This document shows, piece by piece, positions 1 to 9,189 of a stretch of 64,000 nt of DNA. Below the pieces are notes generated by a model that was not told where the DNA came from, ran no database searches, and saw nothing but the letters and a program-made list of their open reading frames with translations. The stretch is from a virus. The stretch is taken from positions 52,689 to 116,688 of IMG/VR virus record IMGVR_UViG_3300021963_000049; one strand, given 5' to 3'. The number at the start of each line of letters is the position of its first letter. The first letter of the stretch is position 1. The position numbers and the translations under genes were made by a program.

Positions 1-311
1 TCATCTTTGCTGCAGTCTTTAAAAGATTTACACTCTTCCATTCCATCTATGATATAGCATAGTCCAGAATGCTTTTTAACAAGAGTCTTCATCTCTTCAA
101 ATGTATAACCAGATTCTTTAGCCAATTCTCTAATACAAGCATGCACTTTTGCTAACTGTGCTAGACTATGATCTGAATCAGCTATGTTAATATACATCTC
201 TACTTTCTGACCTTCTTTAATTTTATCAGAAAATATCTGGTAAGCTACTTTATCTTTAGGATGTTCATATGTAAGCTTACCATTCTTCTTAATTAGTTTT
301 ACTGTAACCAT
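1..311 (-). CDS. NinB-like/recombination-associated phage protein (3' end runs off the window)
   Basis: Hand translation from ATG at 311: MVTVKLIKKNGKLTYEHP...SLAQLAKVHACIRELAKESGYTFEEMK...KSFKDCSKD, open to position 1; SLAQLAKVHACIRELA resembles the NinB-type RSxxQNxxxH helix. Confidence 0.55.
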   Translation of the reverse strand, partial: MVTVKLIKKNGKLTYEHPKDKVAYQIFSDKIKEGQKVEMYINIADSDHSLAQLAKVHACIRELAKESGYTFEEMKTLVKKHSGLCYIIDGMEECKSFKDCSKD

Positions 312-550
312 GTTGTAGTAAGTTGTTTTAACATCTCAATACTCTGCCGGTCTCTAATCCTAGCACCTAACCAGTCAAAGTTTTTTACTTCCCAGTTATT
401 ATTATGAGCTACATCATTCTCATTAGAAACTAATACTAACTCATCCATTAATTTTAGCTGGTAATAATAATAGTCATAGCCATTTTGGCTATCTGCATCT
501 AGGACATCAATCTTTTGAAATCCTAGATCAATTAAATCTTCTTCTGTCAT
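299..550 (-). CDS. hypothetical protein
   Basis: 83 aa ORF tightly overlapping its neighbours. Confidence 0.7.
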   Translation of the reverse strand: MTEEDLIDLGFQKIDVLDADSQNGYDYYYYQLKLMDELVLVSNENDVAHNNNWEVKNFDWLGARIRDRQSIEMLKQLTTTWLQ

Positions 551-1131
551 TTATTTATTGGTTTTAAAAATATATCCTGAGATAGTATTTTAACTGGATA
601 ATCTTTTTGTATCTCTGCATACTTAGAGTTATCTTCAGAGTATGCACCAAGTTCTTTTACTCGGGTGCTTCTCAGAGTCTTCATAGCAAGATATACTAAG
701 TTAAAATTGTCTCTATCTTCTGAATTCAACATGTTCCACATGTTCTCTATCTCTTCAGCTGTTATATAACCAGTTTCTCTTAGTAATTGCATTTCTGCCA
801 TTAGTATAAATGGTTTATATTCTCCAGCTTTAGTTCCTCTTTTATATAGAAACCAGAGATAGTTTAGATTATTATCTACAGTTTTTGTCATCTCAAAATG
901 TTCATCCACAATTTCAGATATAAATACCTCAAATCCTTTTAGTTTTTCCATAATCTCATCAATTTTAAATAAGTACATAAGAGTATCCATGTTCATAGAA
1001 TCATCTTGTACATAGTAACCTTTACTTTCTAATTGATTTAAAGCATCTTTTGGATATCCAGGATACATGGGAGTATTCCATGTTTCATAAGGCCTTCTAT
1101 TGTATACAGACCTTGTTAAATAGTTTGTCAT
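547..1131 (-). CDS. hypothetical protein
   Basis: 194 aa ORF with coupled start/stop overlaps. Confidence 0.75.
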   Translation of the reverse strand: MTNYLTRSVYNRRPYETWNTPMYPGYPKDALNQLESKGYYVQDDSMNMDTLMYLFKIDEIMEKLKGFEVFISEIVDEHFEMTKTVDNNLNYLWFLYKRGTKAGEYKPFILMAEMQLLRETGYITAEEIENMWNMLNSEDRDNFNLVYLAMKTLRSTRVKELGAYSEDNSKYAEIQKDYPVKILSQDIFLKPINK

Positions 1132-1208
1132 CAGTCTAATTTTTTATATAGACAGGAGATTACTGCTATAAAAATAAAACTGCCAATTTGCTCACATAAC
1201 TTCTTCAT
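1131..1208 (-). CDS. 25 aa hydrophobic microprotein
   Basis: MKKLCEQIGSFIFIAVISCLYKKLD*; ATGA overlap upstream and TGATG overlap downstream. Confidence 0.5.
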   Translation of the reverse strand: MKKLCEQIGSFIFIAVISCLYKKLD

Positions 1209-1288
1209 TTTTCAAAGTAGTTAATTATTATTGCTATTGCAATATAAACAAGAATTGCTGTTCCAATAATTATAAGTGTACCTAACAT
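1205..1288 (-). CDS. 27 aa single-TM microprotein
   Basis: MLGTLIIIGTAILVYIAIAIIINYFEK*; fills the gap between coupled genes exactly. Confidence 0.55.
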   Translation of the reverse strand: MLGTLIIIGTAILVYIAIAIIINYFEK

Positions 1289-1289
1289 T

Positions 1290-1508
1290 TTATTTATTAT
1301 TTCTTTGTTTATCTTCTTTGTAGCTTATCCAAAAACCTATAGCTACAATTATATTCATACCAAAGGAAGCAATAAATTCATAAATATCCTCATATATGTT
1401 AGTCATTAAGTGAAAATGACCTAACATCCAGAAAGGTATAGATAAGTTTTGACTTACCCATACCACCAGATATTTTATAAAATGTTTCACTGTAAACTTT
1501 CTAGGCAC
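1290..1508 (-). CDS. small membrane protein
   Basis: 72 aa, two hydrophobic segments. Confidence 0.65.
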   Translation of the reverse strand: MPRKFTVKHFIKYLVVWVSQNLSIPFWMLGHFHLMTNIYEDIYEFIASFGMNIIVAIGFWISYKEDKQRNNK

Positions 1509-1903
1509 TTATCTGCCCATTTTGTACTCCACCAGCAAAATGCATCACCTAAATACATCTTTACATTTCTAGAAAAATATGTAACTTGTACAGTCTGTCC
1601 TGCAAATGTAACTGTCTTATCTTCTTTAGTCTCTATAACATCCTTAACTAAGTTAAAAAAGTCTATCATATCTTGTTTAGATGTAAAACTTACTGTCTCA
1701 TATACACTAATCTGTTGGTACTGGCAGTCTTTAAATACAATAGAGTAGCTGTATGAAGAATCAGAAGCTATAGACTTATACAAAGAATGAAAACCCATAG
1801 AGTGCCTATATACTAATTCTGATTCTGGTGTATTTTCTACTGTAATCTGTGCAGATGCATTAATCCCTAATGCTAATACTGCTAAAAATAAAATTTTCTT
1901 CAT
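1487..1903 (-). CDS. secreted/periplasmic protein with Bacteroidota-type signal peptide
   Basis: MKKILFLAVLALGINASAQ: Sec signal with A-x-A/Q cleavage. Confidence 0.75.
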   Translation of the reverse strand: MKKILFLAVLALGINASAQITVENTPESELVYRHSMGFHSLYKSIASDSSYSYSIVFKDCQYQQISVYETVSFTSKQDMIDFFNLVKDVIETKEDKTVTFAGQTVQVTYFSRNVKMYLGDAFCWWSTKWADKCLESLQ

Positions 1904-1933
1904 GTTTTTAAGTTTAAAAATTAATCACCTTCT

Positions 1934-2197
1934 TCATTGTTTATCCCTTTTTCTCTGTTCTTTTTTTGCTTCTTTATAGTACTGCGTGAACTCTCTTGTA
2001 ATTTCAGATACCTTTGCAATCTCTCCTGAATTCTCTGATTCAAATTGCTGTTGTCTATCTTTCTCTTGTTGCTGCTCATATTCTTTCCATTCAAATATTT
2101 GTAATTCTTGCATTCTTCTTAGATCAGCTATTGTAGCTTCTCCTGGTATATTACCATTTTGCATAATATCCATGTAAAGATCTTTCATTCTTCCCAT
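1934..2197 (-). CDS. hypothetical protein
   Basis: 87 aa ORF, MGRMKDLYM start typical of small phage proteins. Confidence 0.7.
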   Translation of the reverse strand: MGRMKDLYMDIMQNGNIPGEATIADLRRMQELQIFEWKEYEQQQEKDRQQQFESENSGEIAKVSEITREFTQYYKEAKKEQRKRDKQ

Positions 2198-2622
2198 AAT
2201 TTCAAGCTTTTTTCTATAAACAATTTGATTGTTTCTCTTATATCTTCATGGCCTAATATAGATCCGGCAGTTTTTAGTTTATTAATCACTTTAATATCAA
2301 GATCTAGCTGTATACTTCTTATTTTGTTAACAGCTTTAGTCCTTTCTATTACACTAAAATCAAATGGAAAACTAACTGAGTAAACATAAACATTCTTTTT
2401 GTACATAGCATCTTTGTAAAAATCCAAAGCAATAGTCTTATTATGATTAATAGTAAATCTATTTATACCAGTTAAATTAGCAATTTGATGCTCAGACATC
2501 ATGAATCTATAAGCTAAAATAGCAATTAGATAACTTCTTTGATCTACAAGTACTCTTTTCCTAGATTTCTTATCTAAAGAAGAAAGTGCTTTTAAGACAT
2601 CTTCCTTTGTATAATCTTCCAT
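2185..2622 (-). CDS. DNA-binding protein (DnaA C-terminal/HTH-like)
   Basis: VDQRSYLIAIL...SEHQIANLTGINRFTINH resembles a DnaA domain IV-type HTH. Confidence 0.55.
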   Translation of the reverse strand: MEDYTKEDVLKALSSLDKKSRKRVLVDQRSYLIAILAYRFMMSEHQIANLTGINRFTINHNKTIALDFYKDAMYKKNVYVYSVSFPFDFSVIERTKAVNKIRSIQLDLDIKVINKLKTAGSILGHEDIRETIKLFIEKSLKLWEE

Positions 2623-2625
2623 ATC

Positions 2626-2802
2626 TTAAATAAAAAATGGGAAAAGCAATCCCTTAATTTCACATACAAATGGAGCTATAATAATAGTGCTTAAGAATCC
2701 ACTATCTTGAGCCCATAAATACCAAAAATAAAAAGTGTAAAAGTGAGCAATTATTAGGTAAATAGCAAGACTTACACTTAATAAGTTTAAGTTATTGAAC
2801 AT
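2626..2802 (-). CDS. 58 aa membrane protein
   Basis: Hand translation MFNNLNLLSVSLAIYLIIAHFYTFYFWYLWAQDSGFLSTIIIAPFVCEIKGLLFPFFI*. Confidence 0.55.
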   Translation of the reverse strand: MFNNLNLLSVSLAIYLIIAHFYTFYFWYLWAQDSGFLSTIIIAPFVCEIKGLLFPFFI

Positions 2803-2819
2803 AAATAAATATATTAAGT

Positions 2820-3092
2820 TTATACTAAATCTAATTCTGCTTCTTTAACTTCTTCAGATTCTAAAACCACTTCTTCAAATGGAACAAATCTATCAGCAGA
2901 ATAGTATTCATATGGAAATGAGTCAGGACTTAGTTGTACTTCTTTAAGTAAAAAGCCTAATTTTCCAGGAGTAAGTGCCATATTTACAAACTCTGTAACT
3001 GTATACACTTCACCTTCTTTTATCCATTCATGTGCTGGAATTCTAGAAGGTTTGTTTTTAGCATCAATGCATATGACTTTCATTAATCTCAA
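2820..3092 (-). CDS. hypothetical phage protein (small beta-barrel-like)
   Basis: MKVICID...IKEGEVYTV...ADRFVP pattern common in phage small proteins. Confidence 0.7.
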   Translation of the reverse strand: MRLMKVICIDAKNKPSRIPAHEWIKEGEVYTVTEFVNMALTPGKLGFLLKEVQLSPDSFPYEYYSADRFVPFEEVVLESEEVKEAELDLV

Positions 3093-3318
3093 TTTCAGAT
3101 ATTATACCAAGAGAGTCTAGAATAGTGCTCATTTCATATACTTCATCAAAGGCACCAGATTTTACATGGCATTTACCATTATGATGTGCTATAGTAGCAC
3201 ATTGTTCAGCTTGTATTGGATCATGGCCACATTTCCTAATTAAACAAGCTATTATATAATGGAATGAATTCTCATCATCATTATACATTATTAGTTTATA
3301 TGGTTTATTCTCTTCCAT
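3064..3318 (-). CDS. clpS: ClpS-like ATP-dependent Clp protease adaptor
   Basis: YKLIMYNDDENSF..IIACL...QAEQCATIAHHNGKCHVKSG matches the ClpS signature (LxNDD...AxxxxxxxHxxG). Confidence 0.85.
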   Translation of the reverse strand: MEENKPYKLIMYNDDENSFHYIIACLIRKCGHDPIQAEQCATIAHHNGKCHVKSGAFDEVYEMSTILDSLGIISEIEINESHMH

Positions 3319-3338
3319 ACTCCAATATATAAAAAATT

Positions 3339-4445
3339 CTACATATTATCCAGATTTATATTATAGTCTTTCCAGATAATTTTACTTTGATCAAAGTCTT
3401 CAAGAGCTTCTTTTACCCATTTTTCATCTACTGTACCTACATAACATAGTATATGCACAATAGCTTTGTCATCTGGATTTAACCGGAGCAACCGACCAAT
3501 TCTCTGAGAACTTTTTCTCTCATTACCATAAGCATGCATGATGATACCTTGTTTAAGATTAGGAATATTAACACCCTCATTTAACTGCAATACAGCAGAG
3601 AGTTTATTAATTTCTCCATTCTTAAACATCAACAGATTCTCTTCAGAATTAGTATTACCACTATGGTAGCTATGGTTACACAATTTATCAGCCTGAGCCT
3701 GTGTATTTGCAAACAGAATACACTTTCCTTCTATGCTATTGAACAATATGCGGGCATATTTCTCTTTACTAGGATATTCCATAAGAGCTTTCATTCTCAT
3801 TATCCTAATAATATGCACACCAGATGTTGCTACATCTAGCCTTCTTGTCCAATAACTATAGTTTAAATACTCAGAAGTCTTAAACTTTTTCTTTTGCATT
3901 TCTACTTCATAGTCTTTAACTTCACTAAGCTGTAGCATATGCACAATAATCTGATAGTCATTTAGTATTCCATTTTCTATAGCATCATCAGCTTTAAATG
4001 TATATACTATTGGACAGAATTCATTTACCAGCTTACCTTTCTCAGAGTGCTTATATTTTGGCGGAGTACCAGTCAATCCTAGTATCACACCTTTGTAATT
4101 ATATAAAAAACCTCTGTGGGAGTCAAGCAAGCTGTGCACCTCATCCAGATATATAATATCATAATCATTAGGATTATGCTTATTAAGACTTAGATAAGTT
4201 GTAAAAGTAATTCTACCAAGTAAGTGATGCTTATCAAATTTCTCCGCATCATCTTTCCAAGATTGATAAATTGCTTTCTTTGGAGCAACAACCAGGCATC
4301 TCATTAGAGCTGTGCTATTTTTCTCCAGGTGAGTAAGACCAACTAAAGTTTTACCCACACCGGTTCCAAGAACTACACTGCATCTCTTGTGTCCTTCAGT
4401 TGCTTCAATAGCTTTTAACTGTATTTCATCTTTAGTCATAATCAA
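3339..4445 (-). CDS. superfamily II (DExH) helicase
   Basis: Walker A GTGVGKT, DEVH, TGT motif III, LNEGVNIP, QRIGRLLR motif VI. Confidence 0.9.
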   Translation of the reverse strand: MIMTKDEIQLKAIEATEGHKRCSVVLGTGVGKTLVGLTHLEKNSTALMRCLVVAPKKAIYQSWKDDAEKFDKHHLLGRITFTTYLSLNKHNPNDYDIIYLDEVHSLLDSHRGFLYNYKGVILGLTGTPPKYKHSEKGKLVNEFCPIVYTFKADDAIENGILNDYQIIVHMLQLSEVKDYEVEMQKKKFKTSEYLNYSYWTRRLDVATSGVHIIRIMRMKALMEYPSKEKYARILFNSIEGKCILFANTQAQADKLCNHSYHSGNTNSEENLLMFKNGEINKLSAVLQLNEGVNIPNLKQGIIMHAYGNERKSSQRIGRLLRLNPDDKAIVHILCYVGTVDEKWVKEALEDFDQSKIIWKDYNINLDNM

Positions 4446-4853
4446 TTATTTTAACCATCCCATTAATCTAGCATCTCCTGGATTTGCATGAATCCAATCA
4501 TGGCAGTTCCGGCATGCTCCTTTCCAAGTACTTTGAACTAAATAAAAAGCATCTCTGTTGGATCCAGCATATGTATGATGTATATCAGTTGCATTATGTG
4601 TACAACCTCCTACTTTAATCATACATAATGGATTCTCTGTAAGATATCTTTCTCTTAGTTTGCTGTACTCAGCATCTTTCTTTGCTCTTTTAGCAGAAAC
4701 GCGGGGGATAACAGATTGTGTTGGTTTCTGTGTATCATTATCTTTGCTTTTGTGGCAACTCCAGCAGTATTTACAATACAATAATCCCCCGGTTCCACTA
4801 CTCTTCCATATTGGTTTTTCTTCACCACATATATCACAAATTTTTACTTTCAT
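4446..4853 (-). CDS. HNH nuclease with N-terminal Zn ribbon
   Basis: CDIC..CKYC, then C..C..ATDIHH...CRNCHDWIH. Confidence 0.8.
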   Translation of the reverse strand: MKVKICDICGEEKPIWKSSGTGGLLYCKYCWSCHKSKDNDTQKPTQSVIPRVSAKRAKKDAEYSKLRERYLTENPLCMIKVGGCTHNATDIHHTYAGSNRDAFYLVQSTWKGACRNCHDWIHANPGDARLMGWLK

Positions 4854-4873
4854 ACTTAAACTTTTACTTTAAC

Positions 4874-5743
4874 TCAGAATATGTATCTTATTGTATTCCA
4901 AGGTATTATCTTATCATGCAATTCTACAAACTGCTTAATATAATCTGCTTTTCTATTATGCTCATACCTAATATTTTTACCTCCATACTGTGATACTTTT
5001 CCTTCTTGTATTTTAGGTACCCATAATAGTTCTTCTCCAGGAAGTTTATGTGCTAGATTATACTTGTGCTTGTCTTCATTATGAGTTAAAAATATTACTT
5101 CAGCTTTGACAGAATTTTGTGGCCAATGATGTATATAACAGTGCTTTCCTATTATATCAAATAAGAACTCATATTCTATTAACCAATTATCATGAACTAT
5201 TACAGGACTAAAATTTAAATGGACATCATAACCTGCATCAAGAAAATCTGAAACAGAACGGAGTCTTTCATCAATAGAAGATGTATTAGGTTCAAGTATC
5301 TTTCTCCACCTTTCAGGCATTATACTAAATCTAATTCTAATTTTACCTTCAGGATTAAACATTAAAAGTTCTGGATTCACATATTTAGTAGCAAATGAAC
5401 CCATAGCAAGTGGATGATCCCGGAAGAAAGCAAATATCTTCTCCCATTCATGATACTTAGCATGTAGTGCAAAATCTTCATTACAAGAGATATCATAAGT
5501 AATAAACTCCCCGGTCTGATTAGGCTTCTCTACATCAGCAAACCATACATGTGAATTAATTTCTGTCAGGATGTCCATAGTATTAGATGCTATAGATAGT
5601 CCTTCCGGCTTATGCCTCTTCATGTAGCAGTAACTACAATTATATAAACACCCATGTCCAAAACTTGGAGAGATAAAATCTGTAGATCTACCAGATGGCC
5701 TAATTATCATAGACTTCCTAGTAACTTTCTCTACCAGACTCAT
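4874..5743 (-). CDS. splB: spore photoproduct lyase family radical SAM protein
   Basis: GCLYNCSYCY (CxxxCxxC), YDISCNED (conserved SPL Cys region), FATKYVN, KIRIRFS, EPNTSSIDERL, HLNFSPVI. Confidence 0.85.
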   Translation of the reverse strand: MSLVEKVTRKSMIIRPSGRSTDFISPSFGHGCLYNCSYCYMKRHKPEGLSIASNTMDILTEINSHVWFADVEKPNQTGEFITYDISCNEDFALHAKYHEWEKIFAFFRDHPLAMGSFATKYVNPELLMFNPEGKIRIRFSIMPERWRKILEPNTSSIDERLRSVSDFLDAGYDVHLNFSPVIVHDNWLIEYEFLFDIIGKHCYIHHWPQNSVKAEVIFLTHNEDKHKYNLAHKLPGEELLWVPKIQEGKVSQYGGKNIRYEHNRKADYIKQFVELHDKIIPWNTIRYIF

Positions 5744-5916
5744 TTCTTTAAGTATTTTTTCTCAAACTTTTCCCAGCCTTCAAAATTAGCAATCATCAAG
5801 TCTAAAGTAATCTCTTCTTGATGTTCTGAACACATTCCTATTCCTGCTAGATCTAAGTCAGGTTTATATACTCTATAAGCAGGCTTACCACACTTAATAC
5901 ATGTTTCTTTGCTCAT
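5740..5916 (-). CDS. 58 aa putative Zn-binding protein
   Basis: Hand translation MSKETCIKCGKPAY...GMCSEH...; overlaps the splB start (ATGA). Confidence 0.6.
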   Translation of the reverse strand: MSKETCIKCGKPAYRVYKPDLDLAGIGMCSEHQEEITLDLMIANFEGWEKFEKKYLKK

Positions 5917-5927
5917 TCTATTCTGAT

Positions 5928-6185
5928 TTAAAGTTCATCAAATTGTTTCTGTAACTCATCTAGTTCAACAGTTACTAACTCTATCTCTTTTTCAATAGCT
6001 TCCTGCATTATACTTTCATTTCTAAAATATAAGTCATCCAGTATATTGTGTGGACCAACTCTGAACTCTAATTTTATTTTTGACAAGTTACAACCTTTAG
6101 CATGATGTAGTTTATTTCTATAAGTATAGAGTGAATTATATTTTTCTTTTAACTCTTTAGCTTTATTAAATATATTGTCTTCCAT
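5928..6185 (-). CDS. hypothetical coiled-coil protein
   Basis: ORF track 5928..6233; likely start MEDNIFNK just after the upstream stop. Confidence 0.6.
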   Translation of the reverse strand: MEDNIFNKAKELKEKYNSLYTYRNKLHHAKGCNLSKIKLEFRVGPHNILDDLYFRNESIMQEAIEKEIELVTVELDELQKQFDEL

Positions 6186-6186
6186 T

Positions 6187-6429
6187 CTATTCTGATTTAA
6201 AGGTTTTGTTATAGTAGTTTTCTGATTCATCATTTTCTTTTAAGAATGGAATAAAATAAGTATCAGAATCTAAATCACCAGCATTGAAAGCATCTCTTAT
6301 TTGTTCCTTCTCCATTTCTTTGGCTTGTTCAATTAACTTATTAAATACCAATACATTTTCTAAATTTAACGGTAAATTAGTTTGTAATATAATTTCTTGT
6401 TGCAACCATTCTACTGCTGTCTGTTTCAT
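6187..6429 (-). CDS. small phage protein (KQTAVEWL...AKEMEKEQI family)
   Basis: Paralog of the adjacent gene. Confidence 0.7.
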   Translation of the reverse strand: MKQTAVEWLQQEIILQTNLPLNLENVLVFNKLIEQAKEMEKEQIRDAFNAGDLDSDTYFIPFLKENDESENYYNKTFKSE

Positions 6430-6659
6430 TGTTCTTGTTGTTTAAAGGTTTCGTTGTAATAATCTTCACCATATCTCCATATACTCAACATAGGACTTAC
6501 ACCCATAGTATATGCTTTACATATTTGCTCTTTCTCAATTTCTTTGGCTTTATCCCAACAATTACGATTGTGTTCAAAATCCTTTTCTGAATATGGTTCT
6601 GTATTTAGATTTTCTAATAACCAATCTACTGCTGTTAACTGTTTTTCCATTCCTTCCAT
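6426..6659 (-). CDS. small phage protein (TAVDWL...AKEIEKEQI family)
   Basis: Paralog of 6187..6429, both end YYNxTFK. Confidence 0.7.
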   Translation of the reverse strand: MEGMEKQLTAVDWLLENLNTEPYSEKDFEHNRNCWDKAKEIEKEQICKAYTMGVSPMLSIWRYGEDYYNETFKQQEQ

Positions 6660-6784
6660 GTATCAAAGTCTTTAAGTTTTTCCATTTGTTCCTGCATCCA
6701 TTTAGCACCTGCTATAAACATATTAAATTCATCAGTTGTACTTGCTAATCTTTCAGCAGCTTCTTCTAGTGTTTCTTTTTCCAT
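6635..6784 (-). CDS. small phage protein (ETLEEAAE...FIAGAKWMQE family)
   Basis: Hand translation MEKETLEEAAERLASTTDEFNMFIAGAKWMQEQMEKLKDFDTWKEWKNS*. Confidence 0.6.
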   Translation of the reverse strand: MEKETLEEAAERLASTTDEFNMFIAGAKWMQEQMEKLKDFDTWKEWKNS

Positions 6785-6928
6785 ATCAAATCTTTTTAAG
6801 TATTGCTTTCATCTTCTAATTCTTTAAGTATTCTTTCTATTTTATCAAGTTTACTTTCTAGTATATACCCAACAACACCTACCATTATAATTACCATAAT
6901 AGCAGATGTATATATAGCTCCAATCATA

Positions 6929-7243
6929 TTACTTAGTTTTAGTTAATACTTTATATTTATATCTTCTGTGGTCTCTTTGAGTAGCAGCCCACTCTTCACC
7001 ACCTTTGTAGTATATCATAGTACCACCTCTGGCAGCTCTGTTTGCTAAATCTCTTTCTTTCTTCTTAGGATCCTGTATAAAAGTGATTAGTCTCCTGGAT
7101 ACTTTAAACATCTTGGCTAGCTTCCTCTGACTCAGCCCTTGTTTAGTCCAGTATAAGACCATCTCTCTTTGACAAGGAAGAAGCTTAACTCTCCTGTCTA
7201 AGAATGGAGAATCAAGCTTCATTTTATCTGTCTTATAAGGCAT
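6929..7243 (-). CDS. helix-turn-helix DNA-binding protein
   Basis: GLSQRKLAKMFKVSRRLITFI HTH. Confidence 0.75.
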   Translation of the reverse strand: MPYKTDKMKLDSPFLDRRVKLLPCQREMVLYWTKQGLSQRKLAKMFKVSRRLITFIQDPKKKERDLANRAARGGTMIYYKGGEEWAATQRDHRRYKYKVLTKTK

Positions 7244-7245
7244 TG

Positions 7246-7611
7246 TTATTTTACATAGTAATGATACCTATAGCATGTTTCATCATAAATAATAGCAAGG
7301 AAAAATCTCCCCTTATTATCTGATAGAGATACTAAACATTCTTTACCATTCTGATCTGTAGCATTCCATGTAATATTATGTCTTCTATCCATCAACTCTG
7401 ATGTTAATGTATAGGTATTTAGATTAGAGTATATCTTACCCTGCTCTATTTTGAACACTTCATAACTAAATGCAGGTTCCGGATCATATTTCCAGGCTTT
7501 TTTCTTTGCTTGCCAGTGACCAGTCTCCATTAAATAAGTCTTTAATGTGTCTTGTGAATGTGTTACTAATGCTCCCAGCACAAATAACACTGATAATACA
7601 GTTGTCTTCAT
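7246..7611 (-). CDS. secreted protein with signal peptide
   Basis: MKTTVLSVLFVLGALVTHSQ signal peptide. Confidence 0.7.
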   Translation of the reverse strand: MKTTVLSVLFVLGALVTHSQDTLKTYLMETGHWQAKKKAWKYDPEPAFSYEVFKIEQGKIYSNLNTYTLTSELMDRRHNITWNATDQNGKECLVSLSDNKGRFFLAIIYDETCYRYHYYVK

Positions 7612-7625
7612 AAATTAAAAATTAA

Positions 7626-7648
7626 AGGCTCCCTATTACAGGAGCCTG
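7626..7648 (-). terminator. intrinsic terminator hairpin
   Basis: aggctcc-ctattaca-ggagcct, followed on the minus strand by TTTAATTTT. Confidence 0.55.
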
Positions 7649-7656
7649 GTTATTAC

Positions 7657-7881
7657 TTAGTCTTCAAGAAATTCTATCATACTTGGTGCACCAGTTAATT
7701 TCTTATACATTAATTGCACTTTAGCAGCATTTACAGCTCCATTATATGATTTTAAAGCTAATTCTGCTGCTTTAAGATCATTTGTTTCTTCATATACACT
7801 TGCTGTAGAATCAGCAATATTTAATAACTGTGTTCTAACTTCACTAATTGTTTGTGTTTTTAGCTTCTTTACTCTTGACAT
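7657..7881 (-). CDS. hypothetical helical protein
   Basis: 74 aa ORF coupled to the upstream gene. Confidence 0.65.
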   Translation of the reverse strand: MSRVKKLKTQTISEVRTQLLNIADSTASVYEETNDLKAAELALKSYNGAVNAAKVQLMYKKLTGAPSMIEFLED

Positions 7882-8620
7882 ACCTATAAAATTTAAGTTG
7901 TTTTCTTTTTAATTCTAATATTTCTTGTGGAACATCTTCCAATTTAAAACCTAATCTGTTAGCAATAAATCCATCATTCATATGTTCAGATTGCATTTTA
8001 AGGACTACAGATTTTGGTAATTTATCCACATTCTTATACTCTTCTGGATAATCATACTTTCTATTAGCTTTAGTTTTTTCTAACCATCTTTTTTTCCATT
8101 CTTCTTGATAAGTCTCAAGATCATAACCTTTAGCAAATACTTTTATGTATTTAGCTTTTTCTTTTTTAGTAGAACCTTCAGGATAATTATACTTTAGATT
8201 TTTCTTACCAGCTGTTAGTTTATTATTCATTTTAATAGCTTTCAGTTCTTCTTCAGTAGAAACTCCATATTTAATCATAAGCTTTTTATCTTTTCTTTGC
8301 ATTGTCATTAGACCATTGCACTTTTTGCAAACATGTCTAAAACTAATAGAATCAGCAGATAAAGGCTTACCCTTAACAATAGTTCCCTTTTTAGTAACTT
8401 TTTTATAAAAGTATTCCCCAGTTAAAGGGAATACTTCTTTGCAGTTACTACAGGCTTTCTCAGTTTTCTTTGGTACTAAAACTACTCTACTATTTGCATA
8501 TGCCCGAGAGCAGGTTATACACATAGATCTCAAACCATATTTACCTCTTTTTTGAACATGAAAATTATTTCTTGTAGCAGGTAAATTAGTATTACACTTG
8601 GTACAAACTTTATAATTCAT
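7844..8620 (-). CDS. basic protein with two CxxC...CxxC zinc fingers of the type found on homing endonucleases
   Basis: CTKC..CITC and CSNC..CKKC; similar to the N-terminus of 39824..40243; no clear catalytic HNH motif. Confidence 0.65.
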   Translation of the reverse strand: MNYKVCTKCNTNLPATRNNFHVQKRGKYGLRSMCITCSRAYANSRVVLVPKKTEKACSNCKEVFPLTGEYFYKKVTKKGTIVKGKPLSADSISFRHVCKKCNGLMTMQRKDKKLMIKYGVSTEEELKAIKMNNKLTAGKKNLKYNYPEGSTKKEKAKYIKVFAKGYDLETYQEEWKKRWLEKTKANRKYDYPEEYKNVDKLPKSVVLKMQSEHMNDGFIANRLGFKLEDVPQEILELKRKQLKFYRYVKSKEAKNTNN

Positions 8621-8622
8621 AA

Positions 8623-9114
8623 TTATGCTTTAGTTCTTAGTCTAGGTAACTGATTTGGATCTGTTGTTAAACTTAAAAAGTTTTTAGGTAACACTCCTTC
8701 TTGAATAAAGATAGTGATTATATCCTCTTTGGATATATTTAAATCTTTAAAAGTTAAAGTATTCTTGAACTTTTCATCAACTTCAGAATTATCTAGAAAG
8801 AATGCTGTTATTGGACTCTTTGGGAAAAAAGATTCAAACAAAATATTAGTATATTTTATAGTAAGCTCCTGTTTGTATTTATTTATTACAGCTTGGGCTT
8901 TCTTATATACATTTATTATTCTCTGCTTCTTTTTACTGCACATTTGTTCCAATTCTTGTGCACCAAGTGACTCTAATCCATATAGAGCTCTCTTGTACAA
9001 ATAATTTTGATATTGAGTATAGTTATCAGTTTCATACTGCATCACCAGTTTTTCATTCTTTAACTGGTATTTACCATTATACTCAAGACTCTGTTTTAAT
9101 TTTTGCTTTTCCAT
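8623..9114 (-). CDS. hypothetical protein
   Basis: 163 aa ORF in the arm orientation. Confidence 0.75.
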   Translation of the reverse strand: MEKQKLKQSLEYNGKYQLKNEKLVMQYETDNYTQYQNYLYKRALYGLESLGAQELEQMCSKKKQRIINVYKKAQAVINKYKQELTIKYTNILFESFFPKSPITAFFLDNSEVDEKFKNTLTFKDLNISKEDIITIFIQEGVLPKNFLSLTTDPNQLPRLRTKA

Positions 9115-9189
9115 GTTATCATATACAATTAATCATTACTAAAAAAATAAAGGGAGCATTTCTGCCCCCTTTACTACTATCTGTTAATA

